DNA of 64,000 nucleotides, taken from contig CAAEVV010000043.1 in assembly GCA_900759565.1 (NCBI GenBank), forward strand, positions 18,851 to 82,850, read 5' to 3'. Shown piece by piece: positions 10,940 to 21,365 of the stretch (the first letter of the stretch is position 1; every line of letters starts with the position of its first letter). Made by a program: the position numbers and the translations under genes. The stretch comes from an uncultured Collinsella sp. (lineage in GTDB: Bacteria > Actinomycetota > Coriobacteriia > Coriobacteriales > Coriobacteriaceae). The notes below the pieces were generated by a model. That model ran no database searches, was not told the DNA's origin, and was given only the letters and a program-made list of their open reading frames with translations.

Positions 10940-13128
10940 TCGATGCGCCCGACAACGCCGCTCAGGAGCGGGACAATCGTTCGACAGGGGCATGGCTCCT
11001 TGTCGCTCTGCTGGGGATAGCGCTCTCGGTTGTTGCCGGCATGATGAGTTACGGTTACACGACAGCCCAGGCCGAGCAGCGTTTTGCCGACGTTGTCGAT
11101 TACGTGGCGACGCAGAGTCTTTCCTACGATGCGTTCAACAGCGCCTATGCGACCAAAAACCTGATTCGCGTTATGGAGATCGCCGGAGAGACAGCGCGCG
11201 ATATGGAGCGCGACGGTTCGGTGGATAACACAAGGCTGGAGCTATATGCCGACCAGTTCAACGTGAGCGCACTGATCGTGACGGACGCATCGGGTAATTT
11301 GGTGTCTGAGTCCTCGACGGATGGCGTGGGCTACGAGTCGCTTGCTACGTATCTCAAGGAAGCGCCCGTGCTGGAGGTGGCAACTCATCCGCTTAAGTCC
11401 TATACCGCCCGCATCACGCTTGCGGATGATTCGGTCGCAGACATTGGCTGCGTGACTCGGCAGGATGGCGAGGGCATCGTTATCGCGGTAAGGCATCAGA
11501 GCGCGAAGGCGGTTGCAAGCAATACACTCAAACTGCAGAGTTTGCTCGAAGGCTATGAAACCATCGATAGCGGCAATATCGTGATCGAAAGCGACGGCAA
11601 GGTCGTTGCGACCAATGCCGTTGAACCCACTGTATTGGGCGTATTCGATCTGCCTGCGACGGACGTCTTCATTGTCGACGGTATTAAGGATCGATGCCTG
11701 GCCGGTAAGGTCAAATTGATTAACGCCGACGGCGAGTGGTATTTGGGCACATTTGGAAAAGCGCACAAATTCTATGTGTACACCTATGCTCCGGCGCGGC
11801 GTTACTTCGAGGTCGTCGCGGCTGTTGCTGCCGGCGTGCTGGCGCTCTACAGCGGTTTTATAGCCGTTGTTGTGATGGTGCGTCGCCGCGCTGATCGCCG
11901 ACGTTTGACGGACTTGCTGCAGCAGGAGCGCGACTATGGCGACAAGCTGGCAAAGGCGGCGCGTGAGGCCTCGTCTGCCAACTCGGCAAAGACAGAGTTT
12001 CTGCGTCGCATGAGCCACGATCTGCGCACGCCCATCAACGGCATTCGCGACATGGTCGAGGTTGGCGATGCCAATGCGGACGATCTGCAAAAGCAGACTG
12101 AGTGCCGCTCGAAAATCTGGACGGCATCGGGACTGCTGCTCGACCTTGCCAACGAGGCACTCGATATGAGTCGCCTGGAGAGCGGGCAGGTCGACCTGAA
12201 CCTCGTACCCACAAATTTGGTGGCACTCAACTGTGAAGTGCGCGATATTCTGGAGCGCCAGGCCGAGGAGCGTCTGGTGACAATTATCTGCGACCAGCAG
12301 ACCCTTAATCATCCCTATGCTCGGGTGAGCGTGACGCACCTCAAGCGCTTGTTGCTCAATATTGCCGGCAATGCCGTCAAGTACAACCGCCAGGGCGGCT
12401 ATGTTCGCCTGGTGTGCCGCGAGGTGGAGCCAGCGGATGGCGCCCCCGTCTATGAATACACGATCGCCGACAACGGTATTGGCATGAGCGAGGAGTTCCA
12501 ACAGCACCTCTACGAGCCGTTTTGCCGCGAGGAGCAACAGGTGGAAGGCGCCTCATCGGGAACTGGCCTGGGCGCGCCTATCGCAAAACAGTTAGTCGAG
12601 CTTATGGGCGGAACCATGAGTTTTACGAGCGTCTTGGGGCAGGGGACGACGTTTACCATCCGCCTGCCGTTCGAGAAATGCAAACGCTCCGAGATTCCTC
12701 AGGCAGTTCGCGCGGATGCGGGCGATGGTGATGCGCTCCAGGGCTTGCGCGTTTTGCTCGTAGAGGATAACGATCTGAATGCCGAGATCGCGCAGTTTAC
12801 ACTCAGCCGTGCCGGTGCCGTCGTGACGCATGCTAAGGATGGCGAGTCTGCCGTTGAGGCGTTTTCCGCGAGCGCACCGCGCGAGTACGACGTGGTGTTG
12901 ATGGACATCATGATGCCTGGCATCGATGGCCTTGAGGCCACGCGTCGGATTCGAGCACTCGATCGCGAGGATGCCGCGACCACGCCGATTATCGCCGTGA
13001 GTGCCAACGCCTTTGCCGACGACCGCAGACTTTCGCGTGAGGCGGGCATGGATGCGCACCTGAGTAAACCCGTGAGCTCGCAAGAGCTCGTCGAGGCGCT
13101 GGCGCACATCGCCGCCGACGCTTCATAA
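10936..13128 (+). CDS. Hybrid sensor histidine kinase/response regulator
   Basis: Two TMs; SHDLRTPIN H-box, NAVKY, DNGIG, GTGLG; receiver LVEDN..LMDIMMP..KP. Confidence 0.9.
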   Translation: MIDAPDNAAQERDNRSTGAWLLVALLGIALSVVAGMMSYGYTTAQAEQRFADVVDYVATQSLSYDAFNSAYATKNLIRVMEIAGETARDMERDGSVDNTRLELYADQFNVSALIVTDASGNLVSESSTDGVGYESLATYLKEAPVLEVATHPLKSYTARITLADDSVADIGCVTRQDGEGIVIAVRHQSAKAVASNTLKLQSLLEGYETIDSGNIVIESDGKVVATNAVEPTVLGVFDLPATDVFIVDGIKDRCLAGKVKLINADGEWYLGTFGKAHKFYVYTYAPARRYFEVVAAVAAGVLALYSGFIAVVVMVRRRADRRRLTDLLQQERDYGDKLAKAAREASSANSAKTEFLRRMSHDLRTPINGIRDMVEVGDANADDLQKQTECRSKIWTASGLLLDLANEALDMSRLESGQVDLNLVPTNLVALNCEVRDILERQAEERLVTIICDQQTLNHPYARVSVTHLKRLLLNIAGNAVKYNRQGGYVRLVCREVEPADGAPVYEYTIADNGIGMSEEFQQHLYEPFCREEQQVEGASSGTGLGAPIAKQLVELMGGTMSFTSVLGQGTTFTIRLPFEKCKRSEIPQAVRADAGDGDALQGLRVLLVEDNDLNAEIAQFTLSRAGAVVTHAKDGESAVEAFSASAPREYDVVLMDIMMPGIDGLEATRRIRALDREDAATTPIIAVSANAFADDRRLSREAGMDAHLSKPVSSQELVEALAHIAADAS

Positions 13129-13132
13129 GCAC

Positions 13133-13168
13133 ATGGCCCGGTTCCAAGGTGGGTTGGAACCGGGCCAT
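13133..13168. terminator. Hairpin between convergent genes, probable terminator
   Basis: atggcccggttccaa...ttggaaccgggccat. Confidence 0.6.
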
Positions 13169-13198
13169 ATTGCTATTTGTGAGTTTTGCTTTTGAGGC

Positions 13199-13678
13199 TT
13201 ACTTTTCTTGAATCTGCTTGCCGCAGAGATGCTCAATCGTAATCTCGTAGAGCTGGACGCCCTTAATGTCCTTGGCGATTTCCTCTTCGACCTCCTCGGC
13301 AGAAGGGTAGTACTTAAGGGCGAGCTGGCGGACTTTGTCCTCGATAAACGCGGGGGTGTCATTCGCCAGGCGACAGCGGCCAAAGACCACGGTACTCATA
13401 ACGTAGGGAGCCCAGTCACCGTCCTTGTACCACTCGTTGCCGTAAACGGTAAAGCAGACCTTGTCATCGCGCTTGAGTGCGTCGACCTTGTGGCCAGCCT
13501 TGGCGCCATGGAAATAAATCTTGTCGTGCTCGGCGTCAAAGAAGTAGTTGACGGGAATGGCGTACGGGTAGCCATCGTCGCCGTTGACGGCAAAGACGCC
13601 GCGCTTGCAGGTGGCGAGCAGTTCGCGCGCTTCCTCGTCGGTGATGGCGCGTTTCTTTCGACGTAAGGGCCTAAACAT
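13199..13678 (-). CDS. Pyridoxamine 5'-phosphate oxidase-like (NimA/NimC-type) protein
   Basis: MFRPLRR, DGYPYAIPVNY, IYFHGAKAGHK, SVVFG-like motif. Confidence 0.85.
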   Translation of the reverse strand: MFRPLRRKKRAITDEEARELLATCKRGVFAVNGDDGYPYAIPVNYFFDAEHDKIYFHGAKAGHKVDALKRDDKVCFTVYGNEWYKDGDWAPYVMSTVVFGRCRLANDTPAFIEDKVRQLALKYYPSAEEVEEEIAKDIKGVQLYEITIEHLCGKQIQEK

Positions 13679-13720
13679 CGTTGGCTTCCTTTCTGGTCGT
13701 GCGTGGTGGTTGAGCACAAA

Positions 13721-16531
13721 CTATAGCGAAACGGATCCGTTTTTCTTGATGCGGGCGAGTATGTTTTTGAGCTTGTTAAAATCCAGCGGTTTGGACAGAT
13801 GGGCGTTCATGCCGGCGTCATGTGCCGCCTTGGCGTCCTCGGCAAAGGCATTGGCGGTGAGCGCGATGATGGGGATATCGGTTGCATCGACCTTCTCGCT
13901 CAGACGAATCGCGCGGGTTGCCTCATAGCCGTCCATGTCCGGCATCATAATGTCCATCAGAATGGCATCGAAGCTGCCGGCGGGACGGCCAACGTATAGG
14001 TCGACCGCTTCGTTGCCATCGGCGGCGCGAGTTACGACAATGCCTTCGCTTTCGAGCAGCGCCTGGGCAATCTCGGCATTGAGCTCGTTATCTTCTGCCA
14101 AAAGAACGTTCATGCCGGCAAGCGAGCAGCTGTCTGCTTGCTCGTCCGCGCGTTCTCTTGCCTGAGGGTCTTTGTCGATATCGAGCGGAATCTGGACGTT
14201 GAACGTACTCCCCACGCCAACCTCACTCGAAATCTCAATCGTGCCGCCCATCAGTTCAATAAGCGACTTGACGATTGGCATGCCCATGCCGGTTCCTTGG
14301 AACTTGCTGCGCGCATCGTCACCTTCTTGGGCAAACGGCTCATAGATATGCTTTAAAAACTTGGGAGTCATACCAATGCCGGTGTCCGAAACGCTAAAGC
14401 AAAAGAGAGCGCGCCCGTTATCGAGTGGCTTGGTCTTTGAGCTAAAGGTGACGGAGCCGCCGTGCTTGTTGTACTTAATGCTGTTGTCTAACAGGTTGAT
14501 CATGATCTGTCGGATATGGGTGGGACTGCCGACCATGTATGGCCCCGTGGCGTACGGCAGACTATTGTCCTGCATTGTGATGCCGTTACTGGACGCGCGG
14601 AGCTTGCACAGCACCAGCGTATCGTCACAGAGCTCTTTGAGGTTAAAAGGCACATGTTCCAGTGTTAGCTTGCGGTCTTCGATCTTGCCCATCTCGAGGA
14701 TGTCGTTGATTAGCGAGAGCAGGTGATTGGCGGCAACGCGCGCCTTGGCACGGCTCTCGCGGGCGACCTGGATATCGCCTTCCTTCAATTCCTCGATCTC
14801 GATAAGGCCCAGGATACCGTTGAGCGGCGTACGGATGTCGTGGCTCATGCGCGTGAGGAATGCCGTCTTGGCGGCGTTGGCGGCATCGGCTTTTTTGCGC
14901 TCGGTTCGAGCGCGCACGAGTGCTCAGATGAGCAGGACGATGCCGACCGACAACATACCGATGAGGGCAGCTGCAACGGCGGCACGGTTGCGATAAAGGA
15001 ATTGAAGCGTGTTGGATTCCTGGGCCGTGTACGACGTGGAGGAGTAATTGCTTGCGGAGAGCGATTCTCCGGCATTGATGATGCCCTTGTTGATGATTCC
15101 CAACAGCTCGGGTTTTCCGCGCGAAATCCAGCACGAGAGCTCACAGGTGTCAGGGAGCTCGGTCGTCTCGTAGCCTTCGAGATCATAACGGTCGCCGATG
15201 GTTTTTACACGTGAACTGGGAGCGACGATGCAGTGTGCCGTTCCCTTCCTGAGGGCGTCGAACGCTTCATCGGCGGATTGGTATTCGGTCACGGTCGCTG
15301 TGGGGAACAGACTTTCAAGTACATTTTGGTTGATAAACGATGATTTGGTGCAGGCGATGTTCTGAAGGTCTTTGTTCAGGTTGCCGCCGGTGTGGATGGC
15401 GGTGAGGGACACGGTTCCCAACGATACCGACTGCACAACGCCAGATTGCTCGGCAAACCAGTAATCTCGGTATACCGGCAGCGCAGCGTCGATGCTTCCC
15501 TTTGACAGGGCCTTTGACATCATCTTGTAGCTATCAAAGGCGACGGTTTTGACCGTAATGCCAAATTTATCGTGCAACGTCGTCGCAAGCGATGCGAGCG
15601 AGCCTTCCATTTTGCCGTCTTCGTCTTCGTTGCAGTAGGGGAGTTTGCCCGTAATGTAGCCAAGCGTGATGGTGTTGTCATTTGCTTTGAGCCAGGAACG
15701 TTCGGGGCCGTTGAGCGATGATGAACCGCTGTTTTGGGCCGAGTAGTTAGATTTGACTTCGTCGATATAGCGTGGGTTGACGCGGGCGATTGCCGACATG
15801 GCGGCATTGATGTCGTCCATCAGGTCGGGGCGGCTTTTGGGGACGGCAAAATAGTAATCACTCGAGCCAACGTAGAACATGGGGGAGGCATCGGGCGACG
15901 AAAGGGTGTCGTTCATGATGACGGCATCGACTTCGTCGTTTGCGAGTGCGTCAAAGAGCATGGATCTCCCGTCATACTCCCTGTATGTGCAGGTAATGCC
16001 TTCGTTGGCGAGCCACTGCTGGCCAACGAAGGTTTGCATAACGTCGGGGTTGTAGCCGATGGTAAGGCCTTGGAGCGCTTGGGGGTCACCCTTGGTCAGG
16101 TCGTCGCGATCGGGCTTGGCGTAGATGTAGTAGCGCTCGGTGCCCTCGGGGTTCGAGGAAAAGAGCAGCTTTTGGGCGCGTTCCTCGGAATAGGAGATGT
16201 TGGGCATGAGGTCGATTTCGCCTGCCTCGAGCATGTCCATAAGCTCGGTGAAGGTGCCGGAGACGTATTCGTACCGCCAGCCGGGCGTGTAGTACGACAG
16301 GGTCTGGAGGTACTCGTAACCCCATCCCGAGAGACGCTCGCCGGGGGTGCCATCCTGGAAGCCCTCGTTGTTGACGAGCCAACCAACGCGGACCGTCTTG
16401 ACTGGCTGGCTAGAGTCAGCGGCAAAAGCCTGGACAGGCGCGATAGAACTCAGCACGGCAAGCGCGGCGAGCACAATGGCCAGGGCGCGACATATAACTG
16501 AACGAAGGACAGTGGCAGCTCTCACATGCAA
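13721..16531 (-). pseudogene. SBP-domain hybrid histidine kinase/response regulator interrupted by in-frame TGA at 14926-14924
   Basis: ORFs 14924..16531 (signal peptide, two SBP domains, TM) and 13721..14917 (HisKA, HATPase, receiver) are in the same frame, reading ...LLI*ALVRARTE... Confidence 0.8.
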
Positions 16532-16617
16532 TCCTAACGAATCGAGACATTACCGCATAAGGATACCAGCTCAACCTGCCCGGTCGGCAGCTGCACCGCT
16601 AAGCGCTCCCGCCCGGC

Positions 16618-16700
16618 AGTCATTGGGGACGTTCTTAAACGACTAGTCATTGGGGACGTTCTTGTTTGACTAGTCATTTAAGAACGTCCCCAATGACTAG
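16618..16700. repeat. REP-like element, family A, with tandemly duplicated 27-bp left arm
   Basis: agtcattggggacgttcttaaacgact + agtcattggggacgttcttgtttgact + agtcatttaagaacgtccccaatgactag. Confidence 0.8.
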
Positions 16701-16770
16701 TTTCGTTTGCGGGGGAGGCGTGGGACAATACCGAGCGAACGTGATTGGGCATCTGGGAAAAGGGGTCGCG

Positions 16771-17196
16771 ATGAAAAAGCTCAAGACGCTTGCTGATGTG
16801 TTACGCCAGGCGGGCTTCGTGCGCATTACGGAGCTGTTCCTCGTCTTCTACCTGCTGTGCTCGACGGCTGTCTGGCTGTCCGAGCCCACGACCCTCACGT
16901 TTGGCGATGGCCTGTGGTTTAGCTTTGAGACGGTCTCGACCATCGGCTTTGGTGACATTCCGGCCGAGACACCGGTTGCCCGCGCCATTACCGTCATTCT
17001 GAGCGTCATCAGCATCTTCTACATCGCCATGCTCACGGGCGTGGCGGTGAACTACTGCAATACGCTTATCAAGATGCGTCAAAAGGACACCATGGCACGC
17101 TTTATGGATGATCTGGAGCATTTGGAAGAGCTCGATCGCGACGAGCTTGCCGATCTTTCGCGTCGCGTGCGCGAGTATCGTCGACGCCAGCTCTAA
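16771..17196 (+). CDS. Potassium channel family protein (2TM, KcsA-like pore)
   Basis: WFSFETVSTIGFGDI pore signature between two TM helices. Confidence 0.85.
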   Translation: MKKLKTLADVLRQAGFVRITELFLVFYLLCSTAVWLSEPTTLTFGDGLWFSFETVSTIGFGDIPAETPVARAITVILSVISIFYIAMLTGVAVNYCNTLIKMRQKDTMARFMDDLEHLEELDRDELADLSRRVREYRRRQL

Positions 17197-17231
17197 GACG
17201 AACGTCGTGCGCCACAACAGGGGGACTGAAT

Positions 17232-17765
17232 ATGCATATCACCGTGTATCTGGGTGCCAGTGCCGGCAATGACCCAGCGTTTCTGCCCGCGGTGCAGGAG
17301 CTGGGTAACTGGATTGGCGCCAACGGACACGCACTGGTATACGGCGGGTCAAAATCGGGCCTGATGGGTGCGCTTGCCGATAGCGTACTCGAGGCGGGTG
17401 GACACGTGACGGGTGTTGAGCCGAGCTTTTTTATCGAGGCTGAGTTTCAACATGACGGTATCGACGACCTCATCGTGACGAGTGATATGGCGGAGCGCAA
17501 GGCCAAGATGATCGAGCTCGGCGATGCGTTCATCGCCTTTCCCGGTGGGACGGGCACGCTCGAGGAGATTGCCGAGGTCATGTCCGCGGTGTCGTTGGGG
17601 CACCTGAGTGCTCCATGCATCCTGTATAACCTGGACGGTTACTACAACGACCTCAAGGCGCTGCTCGGGCACATGATTGATAAAGGACTTTCGAGCCCGC
17701 GGCGCCAGCACGGCATCTACTTTGCCGACGATTTGCGTGAGATTGCCTCGATTATCAACGGATAA
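17232..17765 (+). CDS. LOG-family (TIGR00730-like) nucleotide phosphoribohydrolase
   Basis: LVYGG..GLMG, MAERK, PGGTGTLEE. Confidence 0.9.
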   Translation: MHITVYLGASAGNDPAFLPAVQELGNWIGANGHALVYGGSKSGLMGALADSVLEAGGHVTGVEPSFFIEAEFQHDGIDDLIVTSDMAERKAKMIELGDAFIAFPGGTGTLEEIAEVMSAVSLGHLSAPCILYNLDGYYNDLKALLGHMIDKGLSSPRRQHGIYFADDLREIASIING

Positions 17766-17890
17766 GTCTTGAGCCTGCCCCACTATGGCTCCCAATGGTG
17801 CCGTTCGCGGCGTGGATGGTTGGCTCGTTCGGGCAACGCTCGCTCTACAATAAAACGTATCTATGTCGACTTTGACCGCGGGAGGACCCG

Positions 17891-19195
17891 ATGGACAACC
17901 TTGCCAAACCCACAAACCGCGCGCTGTTTTTAGCTAGCGTTGCCGTGACCGGTGCGTTCGCAGGTGCCGCGGTCTGGCTGTTCTTTTTTGCGATGGAGCA
18001 CGGTGTCGACTATCTATGGACCGAGATTCCGCACGCGCTGGGCGTCTCTTCGCCCGAGCTTGCCTGCGGCCCGTTTGGCTTTTTGCCGTACCCGTTTTTT
18101 GTCTGCCTGCTGGGCGGCCTGTTAATCGGTCTGTACGAAAAGATGACAGGCACCAAGACCGATGACCTCAACCAGGTGATGGCTAAGGTTAAGCAAGACG
18201 GGCGCTATCCGTACGACAACCTGGGCAAGCTTTCGCTCGCGGCGTTGCTGCCGCTGCTGTTTGGCGGAAGCATTGGACCGGAGGCCGGCTTGACCGGCGT
18301 TATCGCGGGTCTGTGCAGCTGGGTCGGCGACCGCATGCGTCGCTTTGGCGCCGAGTTTAGGGAGCTCACGCTGCTGGGCACCCAGGCTGCCCTGACGGCG
18401 CTCTTTACCGCGCCCGTCTTTGGCTTTGTGGCACCGCTTGCCGGTAGCGCCGACGGCCAGGGCGAAGACGCCGACGATGAGCCCGCGTCCGACGAGATCA
18501 CGATCAAGCTGCCCAAGGCGCAAAAGACGGTGGTCTACGGTATTGCGATTGCCGGCGGTCTGGGCACTTACCTGCTGCTTGGCCAGCTTGTGGGCGGCGG
18601 CATGGGCATGCCCAGGTTCGAGTCCGCCGAGGTGGGCAACCTGGAACTTGCCTGGCTCATTCCGCTGGCGTTGGTCGGCACCGTATGCGGCTGGCTGTAC
18701 TTTGTCTCTGAGCATGCAAGCGAGGCACTGTCCCATGCAATAGGGGAGCGTCCTGTCGTCAAGGCCATGCTAGCCGGTCTGGCGCTCGCCATCTGTGGCA
18801 CGGTCCTGCCCTATACCATGTTTGCCGGCGAGACCCAGGCCGACGTGCTCATGGAAACCTATCTGACCATTCCCGCCGGCGTGCTGATCGCGACCGGTCT
18901 TGTTAAGGCCATGCTGACGCCCGCCCTCATCAACCTTGGTTGGCGCGGCGGCCACTTCTTCCCGGTTATCTTCTCGGGCGTAAGCCTGGGCTATGGCCTG
19001 GCCATCCTCACCGGCGCAGATCCGGTCTTTTGCGTCGCCGTCTGCACGGCATCGACGATGGGTGCGGTCATGCGCCAGCCCATCATGGTCGTGGGCCTGC
19101 TGCTCATGTGCTTCCCGCTCAAAGGCATCGTCTGTATGATCATCGCCGCAGCCATTGCCGCCGGTATCCCACTGCCCAAGCCGCTGCGCAAATAG
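17891..19195 (+). CDS. Chloride channel (ClC) family protein
   Basis: GSIGPEA and GWRGGHFFP motifs, multiple TMs. Confidence 0.85.
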   Translation: MDNLAKPTNRALFLASVAVTGAFAGAAVWLFFFAMEHGVDYLWTEIPHALGVSSPELACGPFGFLPYPFFVCLLGGLLIGLYEKMTGTKTDDLNQVMAKVKQDGRYPYDNLGKLSLAALLPLLFGGSIGPEAGLTGVIAGLCSWVGDRMRRFGAEFRELTLLGTQAALTALFTAPVFGFVAPLAGSADGQGEDADDEPASDEITIKLPKAQKTVVYGIAIAGGLGTYLLLGQLVGGGMGMPRFESAEVGNLELAWLIPLALVGTVCGWLYFVSEHASEALSHAIGERPVVKAMLAGLALAICGTVLPYTMFAGETQADVLMETYLTIPAGVLIATGLVKAMLTPALINLGWRGGHFFPVIFSGVSLGYGLAILTGADPVFCVAVCTASTMGAVMRQPIMVVGLLLMCFPLKGIVCMIIAAAIAAGIPLPKPLRK

Positions 19196-19232
19196 CGCGG
19201 TTAATCGCGAGTCAACTCCAGAGGGGTACGAG

Positions 19233-20024
19233 ATGATCCTGTACTTTAGCGCGACGGGGAACAGCGAACATGTGGCGCGTCGCATTGCGGCGGCGACAGA
19301 CGACAAGGTTGTGTCGATTGAGCGTTTTGATGTCGAAGCCCTTCGCCTTGTTGCGACGGAAGGCCCCTGCCAGCTGGGATTTGTTGCTCCGGTGTATGCC
19401 TGGGGTCTGCCGACACCGATGATCGAGTTTTTGAAGACTGCCGACCTGTCGATTGCTGCCGGTGCAAAGGGCGGCGAGCGCCCCTATACGTTCTATGTTT
19501 CGACGTACGGTTCGACGACCGGCCAATCTGCCAAGTTTGCCCGCGACCTGCTGCACGAGCGTGGGCTCGAGTTAGATGCGGCGATGAGCGTCAAGATGCC
19601 CGATACCTGGACGCCTGTTTTCGACCTGTCTGACCCTCAAAAGGTTGAGGGTATCAATAGAGCTGCCGAAGCGCAGATTGATGCCGTGATCGAGGCGGTG
19701 CGGGCACGCCGCACGGGCAACATGATGCGCCATCGCGTGCCTCTGTTTGCATCGTGCGCGTATCACGCAATTGGGCTGCCGCGCATGCAACAGACGAGCA
19801 AGTTTGCCGTCGATGCCGATCGCTGCATCGGCTGCGGCCTGTGTGCCAAGCGCTGCCCCATGGCGGCGATTGAGATGCGCGACGGCCTTCCCGTCTGGAC
19901 AAAGCCGGAGTGCGCAGCCTGCCTTCGTTGCCTGCACCGTTGTCCCAAATTTGCCATCTCGCACGGTAAGCGCACGGCATCCCACGGTCAGTACAGGCAT
20001 CCCAAGCCAGGTGTGAGGATGTAG
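19233..20024 (+). CDS. EFR1-type flavodoxin-ferredoxin fusion protein
   Basis: YFSATGNS flavodoxin loop; CIGCGLCAKRCP and CAACLRCLHRCP. Confidence 0.85.
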   Translation: MILYFSATGNSEHVARRIAAATDDKVVSIERFDVEALRLVATEGPCQLGFVAPVYAWGLPTPMIEFLKTADLSIAAGAKGGERPYTFYVSTYGSTTGQSAKFARDLLHERGLELDAAMSVKMPDTWTPVFDLSDPQKVEGINRAAEAQIDAVIEAVRARRTGNMMRHRVPLFASCAYHAIGLPRMQQTSKFAVDADRCIGCGLCAKRCPMAAIEMRDGLPVWTKPECAACLRCLHRCPKFAISHGKRTASHGQYRHPKPGVRM

Positions 20025-20039
20025 CGGCTGCTGGCCGCG

Positions 20040-20915
20040 CTACTTCCAAACCGCGAGCGCCGCAGTGCCCAGTACGATGAGGGCGAGACCGATGACGCTG
20101 CGCCGCGAGACCTTTTCGTTGAATGCCAAGCGCGCAAATAGTACCGATACGACAATCGATAGTTTGTCGATCTGCACCACGACGCTCACCTGGCCTGTGG
20201 CGATGGCGTAGTAGCATAGCAGCCACGATGCGCCAGTCGCAATGCCCGATGCCGCGAGAAATACGAGTTCGTAGCGGTCTACGCGCACGGCTTGGCCCAT
20301 CTTGCCTTTAGCTGCCACGATTGCCCATGCCATAACCAGTACCACACAGGTACGGATTGCCGTGGCCAGGTTGGATTCGACGCCTTCGATGCCAGCCTTG
20401 GCAAGGATGGACGTGAGCGCCGCGAACACGGCGGCGCCGAGGGCGTAAGCGAGCCAGGTCCGGTCTTGCTGCTGCTCGGGTCCGGCAGGCTGCTTCTTCT
20501 CGATCATTAAAAACGTGCCGAGGGTGATGACAGCGGTTCCCACGAGCTTAACCGCAAGGTTGCTCGTCTCGCCAAAAAGTACGATGGCGATCAGTGCGGC
20601 GAGTACGGTGCTCATCTTGTCGACCGGTACGACCTTATTGACGTCTCCGATGCCCAACGCCTTAAAGTAACAGATCCACGAAGCACCGGTAGCGAGTCCC
20701 GAGAGGACGAGAAAGAGCCAGGATCTGGGTTCGATGCTGCCGATGGTTCCAATGGATCCAGAAATGCCCGCCATTGCCCAGGCGAAAACGAGCACCACGC
20801 AGGTGCGAATGGCCGTCGCGACATCGGAGTCGGTCTGCTTGATGCCGCATTTGGCCAGGATAGATGTGATGCCGGCAAAGAAAGCCGACACAAATGCTGC
20901 TGCGACCCACGACAC
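20040..20915 (-). CDS. EamA family transporter
   Basis: Duplicated TSILAK.G...ATAIRT...SGLATGASW..Y repeats. Confidence 0.9.
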   Translation of the reverse strand: MSWVAAAFVSAFFAGITSILAKCGIKQTDSDVATAIRTCVVLVFAWAMAGISGSIGTIGSIEPRSWLFLVLSGLATGASWICYFKALGIGDVNKVVPVDKMSTVLAALIAIVLFGETSNLAVKLVGTAVITLGTFLMIEKKQPAGPEQQQDRTWLAYALGAAVFAALTSILAKAGIEGVESNLATAIRTCVVLVMAWAIVAAKGKMGQAVRVDRYELVFLAASGIATGASWLLCYYAIATGQVSVVVQIDKLSIVVSVLFARLAFNEKVSRRSVIGLALIVLGTAALAVWK

Positions 20916-21052
20916 GGGTGAAATGCCTCCCCAAAAAACGACCGCGCCAGATTTACGGCGCTCGTCCGATGATACCGTCCCGCCATGAAGCTTTGATATC
21001 GCTGTGGTGAGACAGGGGCCATAGTTCGAGAGGGCATTTGGTTAAGGCTCGA

Positions 21053-21238
21053 ATCGAAGGTGAATGGTTTTCCGCGAAGTGAACGAGTAAATCTGGACCC
21101 CTGGAACATGTACACTTTTTTCGAACAAAACTGCAGGATTCTTAGACAAAAACCGCAGGAATTGAGTCCTTAAAAATGTCGATGCTACAGGGCACTGTTT
21201 TTACTCGTTCACTTCTCGGAAAAGTATTCACCTTCGAT
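21053..21238. mobile_element. MITE/REPIN-like element, 186 bp, with 39-bp terminal inverted repeats
   Basis: 21053-21091 vs reverse complement of 21200-21238: 36/39 identical; a solo end also at 5302. Confidence 0.6.
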
Positions 21239-21365
21239 ATGCTGACGGTGTCTTTTTGGTTGCCAAGAACTAGACGGCCTGCTGTGAGGGGCGGTGGTGA
21301 CGCTATGCCGCCTTGTTTCATTGAAAAAATTAGCGGGGTACCACCTAAGCTTTTTTAGCTGTCGA

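Noticed and set aside
12040..12054. GIRDM instead of the usual GIxGM after the H-box of the first kinase, read as an inactivating lesion
   Set aside because: It is a single substitution with His, N, G boxes and receiver Asp intact, and cannot be judged without an orthologue alignment.
14924..14926. Selenocysteine recoding of the in-frame TGA
   Set aside because: The position is the end of a TM helix in a kinase, not a redox Cys site; Trp-to-stop is simpler.
16618..16700. Possible mini-CRISPR array
   Set aside because: The repeats are contiguous with no unique spacers, the third unit is inverted, and there are no cas genes in the window.
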